The notes: generated from the letters alone by a model not told the origin. Positions 48,595 through 59,546 are shown, numbered from the whole stretch's first letter. The stretch is DNA of 63,032 bases, filler included, from Olpidium bornovanus S191 (GCA_017911155.1; 27 parts of 27 records of this genome joined end to end with filler, not necessarily neighbours in it), one strand, 5' to 3'. Made by a program: numbers and translations.

Positions 48595-50954
48595 TCTGGC
48601 GTTGGGCGGACGACACGTTAAAAAGCCCCATACCGGGGGGGGGGGGGGGGGGGAGNNNNNNNNNNNNNNNNNNNNNNNNNNNNNNNNNNNNNNNNNNNNT
48701 TAATTAATTAANNNNNNNNNNNNNNNNNNNNNNNNNNNNNNNNNNNNNNNNNNNNCATGGTTGGATCGGGAGGCTGCGGAGAATTCGTCCCAGAGTTCTT
48801 TTTGCTGGTTTAGCGGGTTCGGACCTGGGTTGGCGGGTGCTGCGGGCCGCAAAGCGCGTATTGAGTGTCGCGGTTTCTCTGTGGGCTGAGAGATTTCTTG
48901 CGCGCGGCAGCATTCAGTTGCGCTCGTAACTGGAAACGGGCGGCAACTGGAAGGATGGCAAAAATTTGCTGACCTAGGCAGAGGGGCTGTCGTTTCGTGT
49001 TTCAAAAGTGGCGCGGCGCGTACGGAGGGCGTGACGCAGCAGTTTGCGACGTCGAATGCAGGATAGATTGGCGGGCGGCTTGGGACGGATGGAGAAGCGG
49101 GAAAACGTGGAGGAGCCATGCGGAAACTCGCGGGTACAGCGGCTCGGTGCCTTCTGCGTATTTGGCCGATCTCCCGATGACAAAGACGGTAACACATGAA
49201 GGCGCGACGCGGCTACCGACGCAGGGGCTGTTTCTGCCGCGGCGAATCCCGCTGCATTCACTGCAGCCCTGCCGTCGACGGCATCTGCCTTCGTGGACTT
49301 GCCGTTACAATCGAATTGGAGACGAGGGCGATGCTGTGTTTAGTGCGTTTAGTGCGGCCGGCGTCGGTAGTGCTATTTTGGTACGGGGAAATCAGCACAA
49401 AAAAGGGCCTCCGTGAATCTGCCGAGCCAGATGCCGGTTTTGGCGCGGTGGACGCCAGCAACCGGTGGGCCGACGAGGGCAACAGAAAAGGTGCCGCAGC
49501 GGTGGGTATGATGTGCCTAGCAGTAGCATTGGGAGAGACGTGCGCCGGCGCAGAGGATATCCTGCGGGCCATCTTTCGCTTTGGGCGGTGGGGAAAGGTG
49601 GGGGGGGAGGGGAGCGGGGCTTTCGTGAGTGCCTCCTGCGCGCTCTGCGCGTGCTGGACGGCCCGAGACGCATAGCAAGCGCACTCACTGAAACAACACC
49701 GCCGCGATTTCCGCCGATTTTGCGCTGGGGAATTCGCACGGCGGCGCGGGGGCGAACCGCGCGGGGCGTCGCGCGATCGCGCACGTGTAAGTAACTGCGG
49801 GGTGCTGTCGTTGCTTTTTGAGCGTTCGGCCGTTAAGGAGGAACTGAAAAGCGTCGGCGGCCCGCAAACCGCCAGTTTCGACGCCGAGGGGCCACATAAT
49901 CCGAAAAGCCCCTCTGAAAAGCTTGACGGAGGGTGCTTTTTGGATGCCGGTTGCGTTAGCACCCGCGGGGCTGCGAGGGTAACTGTCTAGCCGGACCATC
50001 GTTTTGGACCCGGGACGGGAGGCGATGGTGCAATGCAAGCGGCGTGGCGCCAGACGCGCAAAACGGAGTCCGTTGCGCGAGGCGCCTTCTTAGGCGGACT
50101 CGACAGCCATGGGGGAAGATGTTGCGGAGAAGCAACGTAAGAGGGGCGGAGGCTTGGTGGAAGTTGCAGGATCAGGGAACTATAGAGAATTTGCGATTAT
50201 TTTTTGCACGACCCGTGCGGGACCCAAANNNNNNNNNNNNNNNNNNNNNNNNNNNNNNNNNNNNNNNNNNNNTTAATTAATTAANNNNNNNNNNNNNNNN
50301 NNNNNNNNNNNNNNNNNNNNNNNNNNNNCCAAGGCATTTAGAGTGCGCTTGGTAGTCTCAATGCCGACGTTTTCTTTGTGGACTTAAAGTATTTTAGTCG
50401 TGTTTGCATGCTTCGACCGTGGGGTTTCACGGGTCATCACCGCGCGAACACGTTTCGTGACTTGCATCCCTTGCAGCTTGACGGGGAAAGACCTAAACTA
50501 AGTGGTTTTAGACTCATTTTAAAGGCCTCGACGAGGCCTTTCGAACGAGCCTTGAACCGGCTTGGGTAGGTATCTGTGTGTCTGGCGGTGTGGCTTCAAA
50601 GTCGGCCTCCATGTTCAAACCGCGGTAAAAGGAGAAAAAGTGACGTACCTCGGCCTCCAGAGCAGATAGAGACCTGCGGTTTTTTTGGACGGTTTCTCGT
50701 GGAGTTGGTCACCTGACTGACCTATTCTTTGGTCTATGGACCTGCTGCGGTTGGGCAGGCAAAACGATTCTGCATGGAATCGTTAGGAGCCTTACATGGA
50801 TGCTTGGCGTGGGAGTTCCTTTTTGCTCGTTTCGAGTGTGCGGGTTGCGGGCGGGCCCCGCCTCACCCGAGCACCCATCCCCAGCCAACTCGGCGGACCC
50901 CCCATTCATTGTCAGAATCCTTGTCGAAAATTTCCTCAGAACCTCCGTCAGATT

Positions 50955-51685
50955 TGTTCGTTTTGAGGGTTTTACGCGCGCCATTGGGCGTTGTATTATA
51001 CATAGAGTTTACGCGTTATAAGGGATAAAACTTGTGGGGTTCTAACCAAGGAAGGTAGGAAGTAGAGCGAAGTTCAAAGTTCAACACTCCCCCTCGATGA
51101 CATGAGAAAGAAGTGGAGAGTCATCGCAAACAAAATAGAGCGAAGCTAACATTAAGAAATGGGCAACAAACCAAGATGGGTGCGATGAGCTACAAACTTC
51201 GGTTTCGGCAAACCAGCCGGACAATCTCCTGTGCGGCCGCAGAGGCAGCGACGAGTTCTGCCTCGGTAGAAGAAAGCTTGATAGACGATTGTTTCGTTGA
51301 TTTCCAAGAGATGCAACAATTATTGTGAAAGATGACATAACCCGTAATCGAATGCCGGGTCACAAGATCATTTGCATAATCACTATCGGAGTATGCCACA
51401 AGATGACCAATCGGTAACGTAGAAGAGGGCGATCCAAATGATAAGCCATAATGAGCAGTACCCTTGAGATACTGAAGAAGTCGTTTGAAAGCATGCCAGT
51501 GGCCATCAGAAGGATTAGACATGAAGCGACAAAGAAAACTCATCGCACTGGCAGTTTCCAGACGAGTATTCACAGCAAGATACAGCACACTGCTGATAAG
51601 CTCGCGATATCGATTTACTTCATGCGCAGATGCTGTATCAACACGCGGCATCAGAAGACGAACAGCATCAGGCTTGAGGGGTGTG
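50955..51685 (-). mobile_element. 3' end of a Ty1/Copia element: RT end/RNase H start, PPT 51087-51095, 3' LTR 51086-50955
   Basis: YRELISSVLYLAVNTR, HWHAFKRLLQYLKGT, AYSDSDYA..TRHSITGY..ISWKSTKQ..SSTEAE, then GAGGGGGAG and TGTTGAAC...AAAACGAACA. The LTR shares TTAGAACCCC, TAACGCGTAAA and AAAACC motifs with the LTR at 12748. Confidence 0.9.
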
Positions 51686-52010
51686 TGTTAGATTATGTCT
51701 TCCTTCCTGCCTCATTCTTTTCTTCCTGCTTTACTTCACTTTAACACGGGGCGGTTAGCTCCACAATATAACGCGTTCACGCGCACCAAAACCATCAAAA
51801 AATTATGAGCCCAACCCGGACCTGACGGACGCAGCCCGCAGCGCAGCTCCTGCCGCCCTTCTCCGCCACTCTCGCCCTCTCGGCGATCCGGAGAACCGGA
51901 GCGGCGCTTCTCTCTCTCCTTCGACGCTTCCCGCCTTCGGCCCCGTCGAAGCCCCTGCCGCAGCGCCGCCTTCCACTCGTCCGTCACCGCTCTCCGCCAA
52001 AGCGCCTCTC
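51686..52010 (+). mobile_element. Degenerate LTR (about 51686-51800), mutated PBS and GC-rich leader of the same short-LTR family
   Basis: TGTTAG start, GGCGGTTAG and TAACGCGT motifs, and AATTATGAGCCCAACCCGGACCTGACGG, which matches GGTTATGAGCCCAACTCGGACCTGACGG at 42442-42415. Confidence 0.7.
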
Positions 52011-52013
52011 CAT

Positions 52014-52195
52014 CTGATTCTGCGTCAGAATCCCCGTCAGATTTTGCATCAGAATCCCCTTCAAATTGTGGTCAAATTTCCTCCAGATTTTGCGTCAGAA
52101 TCCCTTTCAGATTCTGAGAATTCTCGTTAGATCTTGCATCAGAATCCCCTTCTAATTCTGCGTCAGAGTCACCTTCAGATTCTCAGAATTCTGGT
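52014..52195. repeat. Degenerate tandem repeat, about 24-bp unit TTCTGCGTCAGAATCCCCTTCAGA
   Basis: About 6 imperfect copies. A related motif is at 50908-50954. Confidence 0.7.
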
Positions 52196-52209
52196 GGGGC
52201 CTGCCTGAC

Positions 52210-52568
52210 TGTTGGAATGGCTTCGCAGGGCGAGCCAGACACCCAGTGAATAGGGCAGATAGCTCAGTTGGTAGAGCGTTCCTCCGGGATAAGGTCTCGA
52301 GTTTGACCCTCAGTCGGCCCACTTTTGATGCGCAACAGGTTATGAGCTCAATCGTGACTTTGTCTCTCCGATTGTGGTTGCACGGGTGGCCCAGCCCCGT
52401 TGACAGCAGTGCCTGAGGTGCTTGACTCAAAGGGGGGTGTTGGAATGGCTTCGCAAGGCGAGCCAGACACCTAGCAAATAGGGCAGATAGCTCAGTTGGT
52501 ACGCATCCCTTCGGGATAGGGAAAGTCCCGAGTTTGACCCTCGGTCGGCCCACTTTTGATGCGCAACA
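52210..52568 (+). mobile_element. Complete TRIM with tRNA-derived LTRs (Pol III-type TRIM)
   Basis: LTR-A 52210-52337 and LTR-B 52438-52568 (both TGTTG...CAACA), PBS GGTTATGAGCTC 52338-52349, PPT AAAGGGGGG 52429-52437, and TSD CTGAC at 52205-52209 and 52569-52573. Confidence 0.92.
52481..52557 (+). ncRNA. tRNA-like module in LTR-B (A box, anticodon arm, T arm/B box, T4 terminator); more degenerate copy at 52253-52326
   Basis: Acceptor GGGCAGA/TCGGCCC (6 of 7 pairs), TAGCTCAGTTGGT A box, TCCCT-TCGGGAT-AGGGA arm, CCGAG-TTTGACC-CTCGG arm, then TTTT at 52554-52557. Probably not a functional tRNA; isotype not assignable. Confidence 0.8.
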
Positions 52569-52984
52569 CTGACCTATTGTTTGGTCTACGCTAATGGTGG
52601 GGTTGGGCAGATACTACAATTCTGCATGGAATCGCTAGTGCCCTGCACAGCTGCTTAGTGGGGGGTTTCCTTTCAGCTCAGTGGGGCTGGGGGGTGGGCT
52701 GGGGAGTCCGCCGAGTGGGCTGGGGGGGTTGCTCGGGCGGGCTGGTGGCACCGCCAGGTGGGGCGGGACCCCGCACCCCGCACACTCGAAACGAACAAAA
52801 AGGAACGCCCACGCTAAGCATCCATGTAAGGCGCTAACGATTCCATGTAGAATCGTTTTGCCTGGCCAACCCCAGCAGGTGCATAGACCAAAGAATAGGT
52901 TGAACAGGTGAGCAACTCTGCGAGAAACCGTCCAAAAAAAACCGCAGCTCTCTATCTGCTGTGGAGGCCGAGGTACGGCATTTT

Positions 52985-53950
52985 TTCTCCTTTTAGCACG
53001 GTTTGAACATGGAGGCTGACTTTTAGCACGGTTTGAACATGGAGGCTGACTTTGAATTCACACCGCCAGACACACAGCGACCTACCCAAGCCGGTTCAAA
53101 GGTCGTTCGAAAGGCTTGTCGAGGCCTTTAAAACGAGTCTAAAACCACTTGGTTTGGGTCTTTCCCTGTCAAGCTGCAAGGAATGCAAGTCACGAGCCAT
53201 GTGAGCTCGGTGAAAACCCGTGAAACGGGACACCGCGGTCGAACCATGGTCGCCATGGGCGCCATGGTCGCCCGACCGTGCAGAGAGGAAAGGAAGGAAC
53301 AAAGGTGCGGAGGGCGTCGCGGGGGGCCAGGAGGCTGGCCAACGCCATCCATGGTCGCGGTTTCTCCTTTAGCACTGTTCGAACATGGAGGCTGACTTCG
53401 AAACCACACCGCGGGACACACAAGTGCCTACCCAAGCCGGTTCAAGGCTCGTTCGAAAGGCCTCGTCGAGGCCTTTGAAATGAGTCTAAAACCACTTGGT
53501 TTAGGCCTTTCCCCGTCAAGCTGCAAGGGATGCAAGTCACGTAACGTGTTAGCGCGGTGAAAATCCGTGAAACCCCGCGGTCAAAGCATGGTGGTCGCCA
53601 TGGTCGCCATGGTCGCCCGACCGCACAAGGAGGTAAGGAAGAAAGGAAGGTGCGGAAGGTGTTGCGGAGGGGCTGGAGGCTGGCCGACGCCATCCATGGT
53701 CGCGTTTTCTCCCGTAGCACTGTTTGAACATGGAGGCTGACTTCGAAACCACTCCGCGGGACACAAAGGTACCTACCCAAGCCGGTCAAGGCTCGTTCAA
53801 AAGGCCTCGTTGAGGCCTTTAGAACGAGTCGGTTCGTTTAGGTTTTTCCCTGTCAAGCTGCAAGGGATGCAAGTCACGAGCTATGTTAGCGCGGTGAAAA
53901 CCCGTGAAATAGGTCGCCGCTGTGGAACCATGGTTGTCATGGTCGCCATG
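52985..53950. repeat. Tandem repeat, about 345-bp unit, about 2.7 copies
   Basis: GAACATGGAGGCTGACTT at 53035, 53381 and 53726. Also an exact 30-bp duplication at 52991-53050. Confidence 0.9.
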
Positions 53951-53979
53951 GTCGCCGGACCGCGAACGACGACCATGGT

Positions 53980-54229
53980 TTTGCACGTGCGAATCTTCTT
54001 TTTTTGCAAGGTGCGAATTTTCTTTTTTTTGTGACGTGCCAATCTTCTTTTTTTTGCCACGTACCAATCTTCTTTTTTTTGCGACGTACGAATCTTCTTT
54101 TTTCGCGACATGCAAATCTTCTTTTTTTTGCGACGTGCAGATCTTCTTTTTTTTGCGACGTGCGAAACTTCTTTTTTTAAGAGGTGCGAATCTTTTTTTT
54201 GCGACGTGCGAATCTTCTTTTTTTTGCGA
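53980..54229. repeat. Minisatellite, about 24-bp unit GCGACGTGCGAATCTTCTTTTTTT, about 10 copies
   Basis: Visible tandem array running to the contig end. Confidence 0.9.
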
Positions 54230-56184
54230 NNNNNNNNNNNNNNNNNNNNNNNNNNNNNNNNNNNNNNNNNNNNTTAATTAATTAANNNNNNNNNNNNNNN
54301 NNNNNNNNNNNNNNNNNNNNNNNNNNNNNACAACGCCATTCTCGATCCGTTTTTTTTTTCCTTTTTTTTTTTTTTTTTTTTGGGCGGCTTCGTCACCGAC
54401 ACGGGATCCCGTTGAATTTTTTTTTAGGTCTGCTTCCTGCTGTACACATGACACAAACATTGCCAGAAAAAAATTTTCAAATCCGCCTTTAAATAACCTT
54501 TCTCTGACTTCTTTTCCCTCGTATTTAGGCGTCCGAACCGGGCGTGTCTCACTGCTCTACAAGAGCAAAAAAAAAAAACAAAAGGAAGAAAACGAAATGA
54601 TTCGAAGTCTTCTCACTCTCGCTCTCTAGCTCTCTCTCTTGGATGGCAATATCCTCGACCAGCCCCCCCACCCGCCCCCGCACTGTATATAATAACTGGC
54701 TGCCGCATCAACCGCAAACGATTCCTTTTGCCGAAGGAAGAAAAATGCAATGCTTTTTCAATTCCGCCCCCCTCATCAGCCCCCCCCCCCACCCACACAC
54801 CCGCCCATCTTCTCGTCCAGTACCCCTTCCCGTTACCTCTCACCCCGCCCCCCTGCAATCGTTCTATGGCCGAGATAAAGTCCAAGGAGAGCCGATCCAG
54901 CCGGTTGCAAAGGCCACTCACTGTTCTCAGGCGGAGTTCAACGGCGGGTGCCGGTGCCCCGTTCGTCAAACAAGCTTTCGCCCCGTCAGGACTCCTGTTA
55001 CCTCCTCGCTTTAGAACGCTCTCGCTTGTCTGCTCCGCTCCCGTTCGCTTACGCTTTTCTTCTCTGCGCCTGTTTGCGCACGCTTCTTTTCTCTGCGTTC
55101 TGCCTATTTCGCTGGTCGAGGTCACCAGAAGAGATTTTCTGAGGCAGTTGCAGCGCGTTTAGGCTAAGGTGCAAGGGGGAGGTGGGGGGAATTGGTGTTT
55201 CTCTAGCAACAATTTTTCCTACGTAGTGGAATTTTATTCTCCGATTGTGGGTTTTTCCACTCGCTAGTCGCCTTTCTACGTTTGTCTCCTTTTTTTTTTT
55301 TTTTTTTTCTTTTTTGCGTTTACAACAACGCGCGACGAGAAATTTGGCAGAGACGCGGTTGGAAAAGAAGATTCGGGCGAGAGGGCGAACAAAAAAAAGG
55401 CAGACCACGGTGGCGTATATACAACGGACACCCCCATCTTTCCCCCAAGTAGATTCACAGGAACAGAGGAAGGCCACGCGGAATTCGTAGTGACCCCCGA
55501 AGGCGACTCGCGTCGAGAGAGAAAGAGAAAAGTGAGCATAGCAGAGAATAGAGGATTGCTGCACTAAAACGTGCAAAGGAAAAGAAGAGTCAGACGAGAA
55601 TTGCCGAGCAAAGCGGGAGACTAAATTACCCAACCATTCACGTCACTGCCCTCAGAAAAGCCCAGGGGCTTAACGACTGACTGACAAAGATAATAATAAA
55701 GTTACCGACTCAACACCACCCCACCCATATCAAACATATCCTCGGGTATGAGATCCCTGGGAAGCCCCGGCCTCATTTTGTCCTCTTCCTCAAGAAAGCT
55801 TTATATGGCCTACATCCCTCCCTCCGAAACTTTACAGCCTCAGTTGCAGGCGATCCTATAAGGTACCGGAGGTTATAAATTAGCGGAAAATCATTAAGGA
55901 ATCAAAAATGCGAACATTTGAGTGCCTTCCTACCCAACCAACCAACCACCTAACCAACCAAAACCAAAAAAACAAGAACCAGAAACCCCCAGGACCAGAA
56001 CTGCCACTCACCACCCCATTCTTGCCTTCACCCAACCTCTAGGTAGTTGGCTGTGTGTTTGCAGGTAGGAGATGCAAGGAGACCCTGTTTCTTGACAAAG
56101 CAAAGTCTTTGAGTTTTTGGGGTAGCATACAGTTCAGCCACTTACTGTTGTTTTCTTGTTATTATTAGGTCGTCTAGTCTGCTC

Positions 56185-56310
56185 CGCCTCACTTACGAGC
56201 AAAAACATGAAATCTGCCATGAGAAGTGGCAAACCCAAAGATGAGCCAGACCATGTTGGCTTCCTGGGCAAAGGAGCAGTTCAAACTCCCCAACGGAATC
56301 ATCCAGGTGT
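56185..56310 (+). mobile_element. Pogo/CENP-B-like transposase N-terminal HTH remnant
   Basis: RLTYEQKHEICHEK / frameshift / VANPKMSQTMLASWAKEQFKL resembles the CENP-B/Tigger-type RLT.EQK.EIC...NP..SQ..LA.WA..F.L pattern. Confidence 0.5.
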
Positions 56311-56540
56311 ACTGCGGCAAGGTCGGCAAAGTTCAAGTCTTTTTATTGCGACGTCAGGTCCGAGTGTGCTGTGACACGGCCCTAGTCCCGACCGAACCGT
56401 CGCCTTACGCCAAGGAGGGTGCCACGGAAGGCGGCGGCGGGCGAGAGGGAGGTAGAGGCGGAGGCGGGACAAGGCGGCGCCCGAACCCGGGGCCCGACCA
56501 ATAGAATAGTCCCACTCGAAGTCCGCCAATCGAAGGACTT

Positions 56541-56665
56541 CCCCCTTGCCCCCCCCCCTTCCCCCCAGCGCCACAGCGGGAACTCCCCGCCAACCACAAC
56601 CCCCCTTGCCCTCCCCCTTCCCCCCAGCGCCACACGCGGGAACTCCCCGCCAACCACAACCCCCC
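56541..56665. repeat. 60-bp tandem duplication (C-rich)
   Basis: AACTCCCCGCCAACCACAACCCCCC at 56581 and 56641. Probably intronic in an unassigned minus-strand gene fragment (EETLFMPFDVERKVKP...). Confidence 0.85.
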
Positions 56666-56915
56666 AACTGCCCCCGCACCACCGCACGTGAGAGCCCGGA
56701 GCCCCGCGTGGTAACCGCGCGGGGAGAGACCAGACGCACCGCGTCGATAGACGCGACGTCGACGGACGGCTTCACCTTCCGCTCGACGTCGAAGGGCATA
56801 AATAGCGTCTCTTCNNNNNNNNNNNNNNNNNNNNNNNNNNNNNNNNNNNNNNNNNNNNTTAATTAATTAANNNNNNNNNNNNNNNNNNNNNNNNNNNNNN
56901 NNNNNNNNNNNNNNA

Positions 56916-57028
<113 letters not shown>

Positions 57029-57066
57029 CGGCCGGAAGAGGTCGGAGCGAGCCCCCCTTCCCTTAC

Positions 57067-59066
57067 CTACGACGCCTTGCCGAGCTGCATCTTCTTCCTC
57101 AGGGTTTTCTCGGCCCGGTACAGCACCGAGTCCACTATCCCCGCGACGGTGAATATGCCCCCGACGATGGAACACACCCCGGTGACTAACCACGACAGCG
57201 TGCGCTGGGTTTCCCTGTAGGTGACGACCAGCGGCGAGATCTCGTAGTTCACGAAAAAACCTTTTTTTGTGTGTTTTTTTTAATTGGCGGGGATTGAAAG
57301 GGGGGGTGGGGGTCTTGGTTACTGGGGGAGGCGGGGGCGAAAAAGCAGACAGAAGCAAAACAAAAAAAAGTATCGCACGCGCGCACGGCGCACGCACCAG
57401 GCAGCTGCGTCCTCATGTTCGTGTTTTTCCGCTCGTAGTGGGTCACGGCGAACTGGTTCGTCTGCATGAAATCGCCGTTCCGGTACCAGATCGACGTCCC
57501 GATCACCTTGACGAAGTACGTAAACATGTGGTTCGCTGTGTTTTGACGCCGAAAAGTGGGGGAGGGAAGAGGTAAATAGAGGATGGGTGGAGAGAAGCAG
57601 AGAGAGCAAGCAAGGGAGCAGACCCACACGCCCCCTTTCCCCCACCCCAACCCCAGGACGCCAACCACCCCCTTACGTTCGTCCGTTTCCTTCGTGAACC
57701 CGTTCAGCGGGGCGGCGGCCCCCTCGAAACGATCGCCGAAGCTGAGGTGGTGGATGGTGTGCGAAAAGTCGAACGTGGTCGAGAGGTACGGGAGGAAGTC
57801 GTGCACGTGGATGCCGCCCTGGCTGAAGGACGAGCCCGGGGCGATGTGGAAGTTGCCGGCCACCCTGTTCAGCTCCAGTCGTCCGTGCACGTTGCACCCC
57901 TCTCCCGCCTGCTCCCGGACCTTCTCGCTCCAGCCCTCCCGGGCGCACTTGCATAAGCGCAACACGAGCGGGACAGGAAGAGGGAGGGGGGTGTTGTCAG
58001 TTTCGCGCGAACCGCTGGTCCGGGGGGGGGGATGGGCCCCGGGTTCCGCAAGGCGCGCACCTGGTCCACGGAGTTCGGATCGGAGAAGCTCCACCCTCTC
58101 AGCTTGTACGCCTGCCTCACATCGTCGCACGTGTTACAGCACCCGCTGGCCGGCGGCTGCCCGCCGTAACAGCTGCCGCAATCTTCGACGGCCTTGCCCA
58201 ACGCCTTCACCGTGTCGTTTTTCGAGTTGACGGCTTTGAAAACAGAATTTTTTTTTCCCGACCGGCCCCGCGGGTAAAAGGAAGGGAAAAAAGCCGCGAG
58301 GGGCCAGAAAGGGGGGGGGGAGGGACCGCGCCTGGTTTGAGCGAATTTCGTTCGAAAACGCGCGCGGGGGATGGGCGCACGCGGTTTTCGAGATGGGGGG
58401 GAGGGGGGGGAAGGGTGGTTTTTTCTTTCCCGTGGAATTCTTTTTTTGCGCCGGGGGAGGCGGAAACTTTCGCAAAGATCTCACGTACTTCGGTCCTTTT
58501 CTTTGCTTTTCGGGATCCCGTCCTTGTCCAGCCTGGATTTAAAAATGTCGTGGGCGATCTCGTCTTGGTGCTCCCCGGAGATGTCCATCACGTCTACCGA
58601 CAATACTGGAAAAAGCGGACCAACGACCGAACAGGGCGGTAAGAAATGCGACGGAATTTTCACGCCTCGAGTACACCCCCCCCCTCTCGCGTACTCGGCG
58701 CCGCGCGAACTAACAGTAGCACGGGATTTTCGGAAAAGTGATATTCATGTTGATCGCGAGCTTCTGCTTCCGCGACTTGTCCACGGTGAGCCCCGGCTTG
58801 AACTCTACCGTCAAGTAAGCGGTGAACTCCGAAACCAGGAGGGCGACAATGCACAGACCGGAGATCACGGTGACTGAAGGGAAAACGAGAAGACGAGACG
58901 GGGAGAAGCGGTCAGCTTCCGGTCTGGCCCAGAGAAGCGGCCGGGGTGGGTGTGGGTCCTGCGGGTTCATCGAGCAGGGTACGGGTGTCGTTCAAAAGCG
59001 TAGAGGGCAAGCAATTATCCTTGCCGCAAAAAAAAAGAGAGAGAGAGAAAAAAAAAGGCCCCTGAT

Positions 59067-59100
<34 letters not shown>

Positions 59101-59305
59101 TGTTCCGGTTTTTGCTGTCCATTCCCGCAATTCTCTCCCCCTTCCCCCTCCTGCCCCCCTCCGCTCTCGCCCCACCCCCCCGGACCCCCGCGCCCGCCGG
59201 CGTGCGTGCGACGGACACAAACTCAACTGATCCCGCCTCCGCTGGTCTTGACTCTGAAGTCCTCCAGAGTCTTGGCGTAGGCGTCGAAGCCCTTCAGCCC
59301 GGCGA
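57067..59305 (-). CDS. ERV46: ER-Golgi cargo receptor Erv46/ERGIC3 (nearly complete, multi-exon)
   Basis: FDAYAKTLEDFRVKT, VDKSRKQKLAINMNITFPKIPC, SVDVMDISGEHQ, CGSCYGG..GCCNTCDDVRQAY..GWSF, EGCNVHG..VAGNFHIAPG, YEISPL and CSIVGGIFTVAGIVDS..KKMQLGK. Confidence 0.95.
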
Positions 59306-59546
59306 NNNNNNNNNNNNNNNNNNNNNNNNNNNNNNNNNNNNNNNNNNNNTTAATTAATTAANNNNNNNNNNNNNNNNNNNNNNNNNNNNNNNNNNNNNNN
59401 NNNNNCCCTTTTTTCCTCCCCCCCCCCCCCCCCCCCCCCCCTCCCCTCCCCCCCACCGCCCTCACCGGTCGCGCCGAAAGTCCGGCGCCGCTTTCTCCTA
59501 ACCGGCCACGTCTCCGGGGCGTCTTTCTTTGGCGTTTTCCCTTTTT

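Larger units (their letters stand above)
50405..53250. repeat. Long inverted repeat (arms about 50405-50903 and 52700-53250) enclosing nested LTR elements
   Basis: For example 50719-50860 is a close reverse complement of about 52760-52910, and 50405-50470 of about 53180-53250. Confidence 0.85.

Noticed and set aside
48756-50228. Protein-coding calls for contig 48756-50228
   Set aside because: The frames are protein-like in places (QQKELWDEFSAA) but there is no recognisable motif or defensible exon chain.
52253-52552. Two functional tRNA genes
   Set aside because: The T-loop is TTTGA, the acceptor has a mismatch, copy A has a collapsed anticodon/variable arm, copy B has a broken D-stem, and both lie inside LTRs with a TSD.
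52985-54229. CRISPR-like array
   Set aside because: Units are contiguous tandem copies without unique spacers, there are no cas genes, and the context is eukaryotic.
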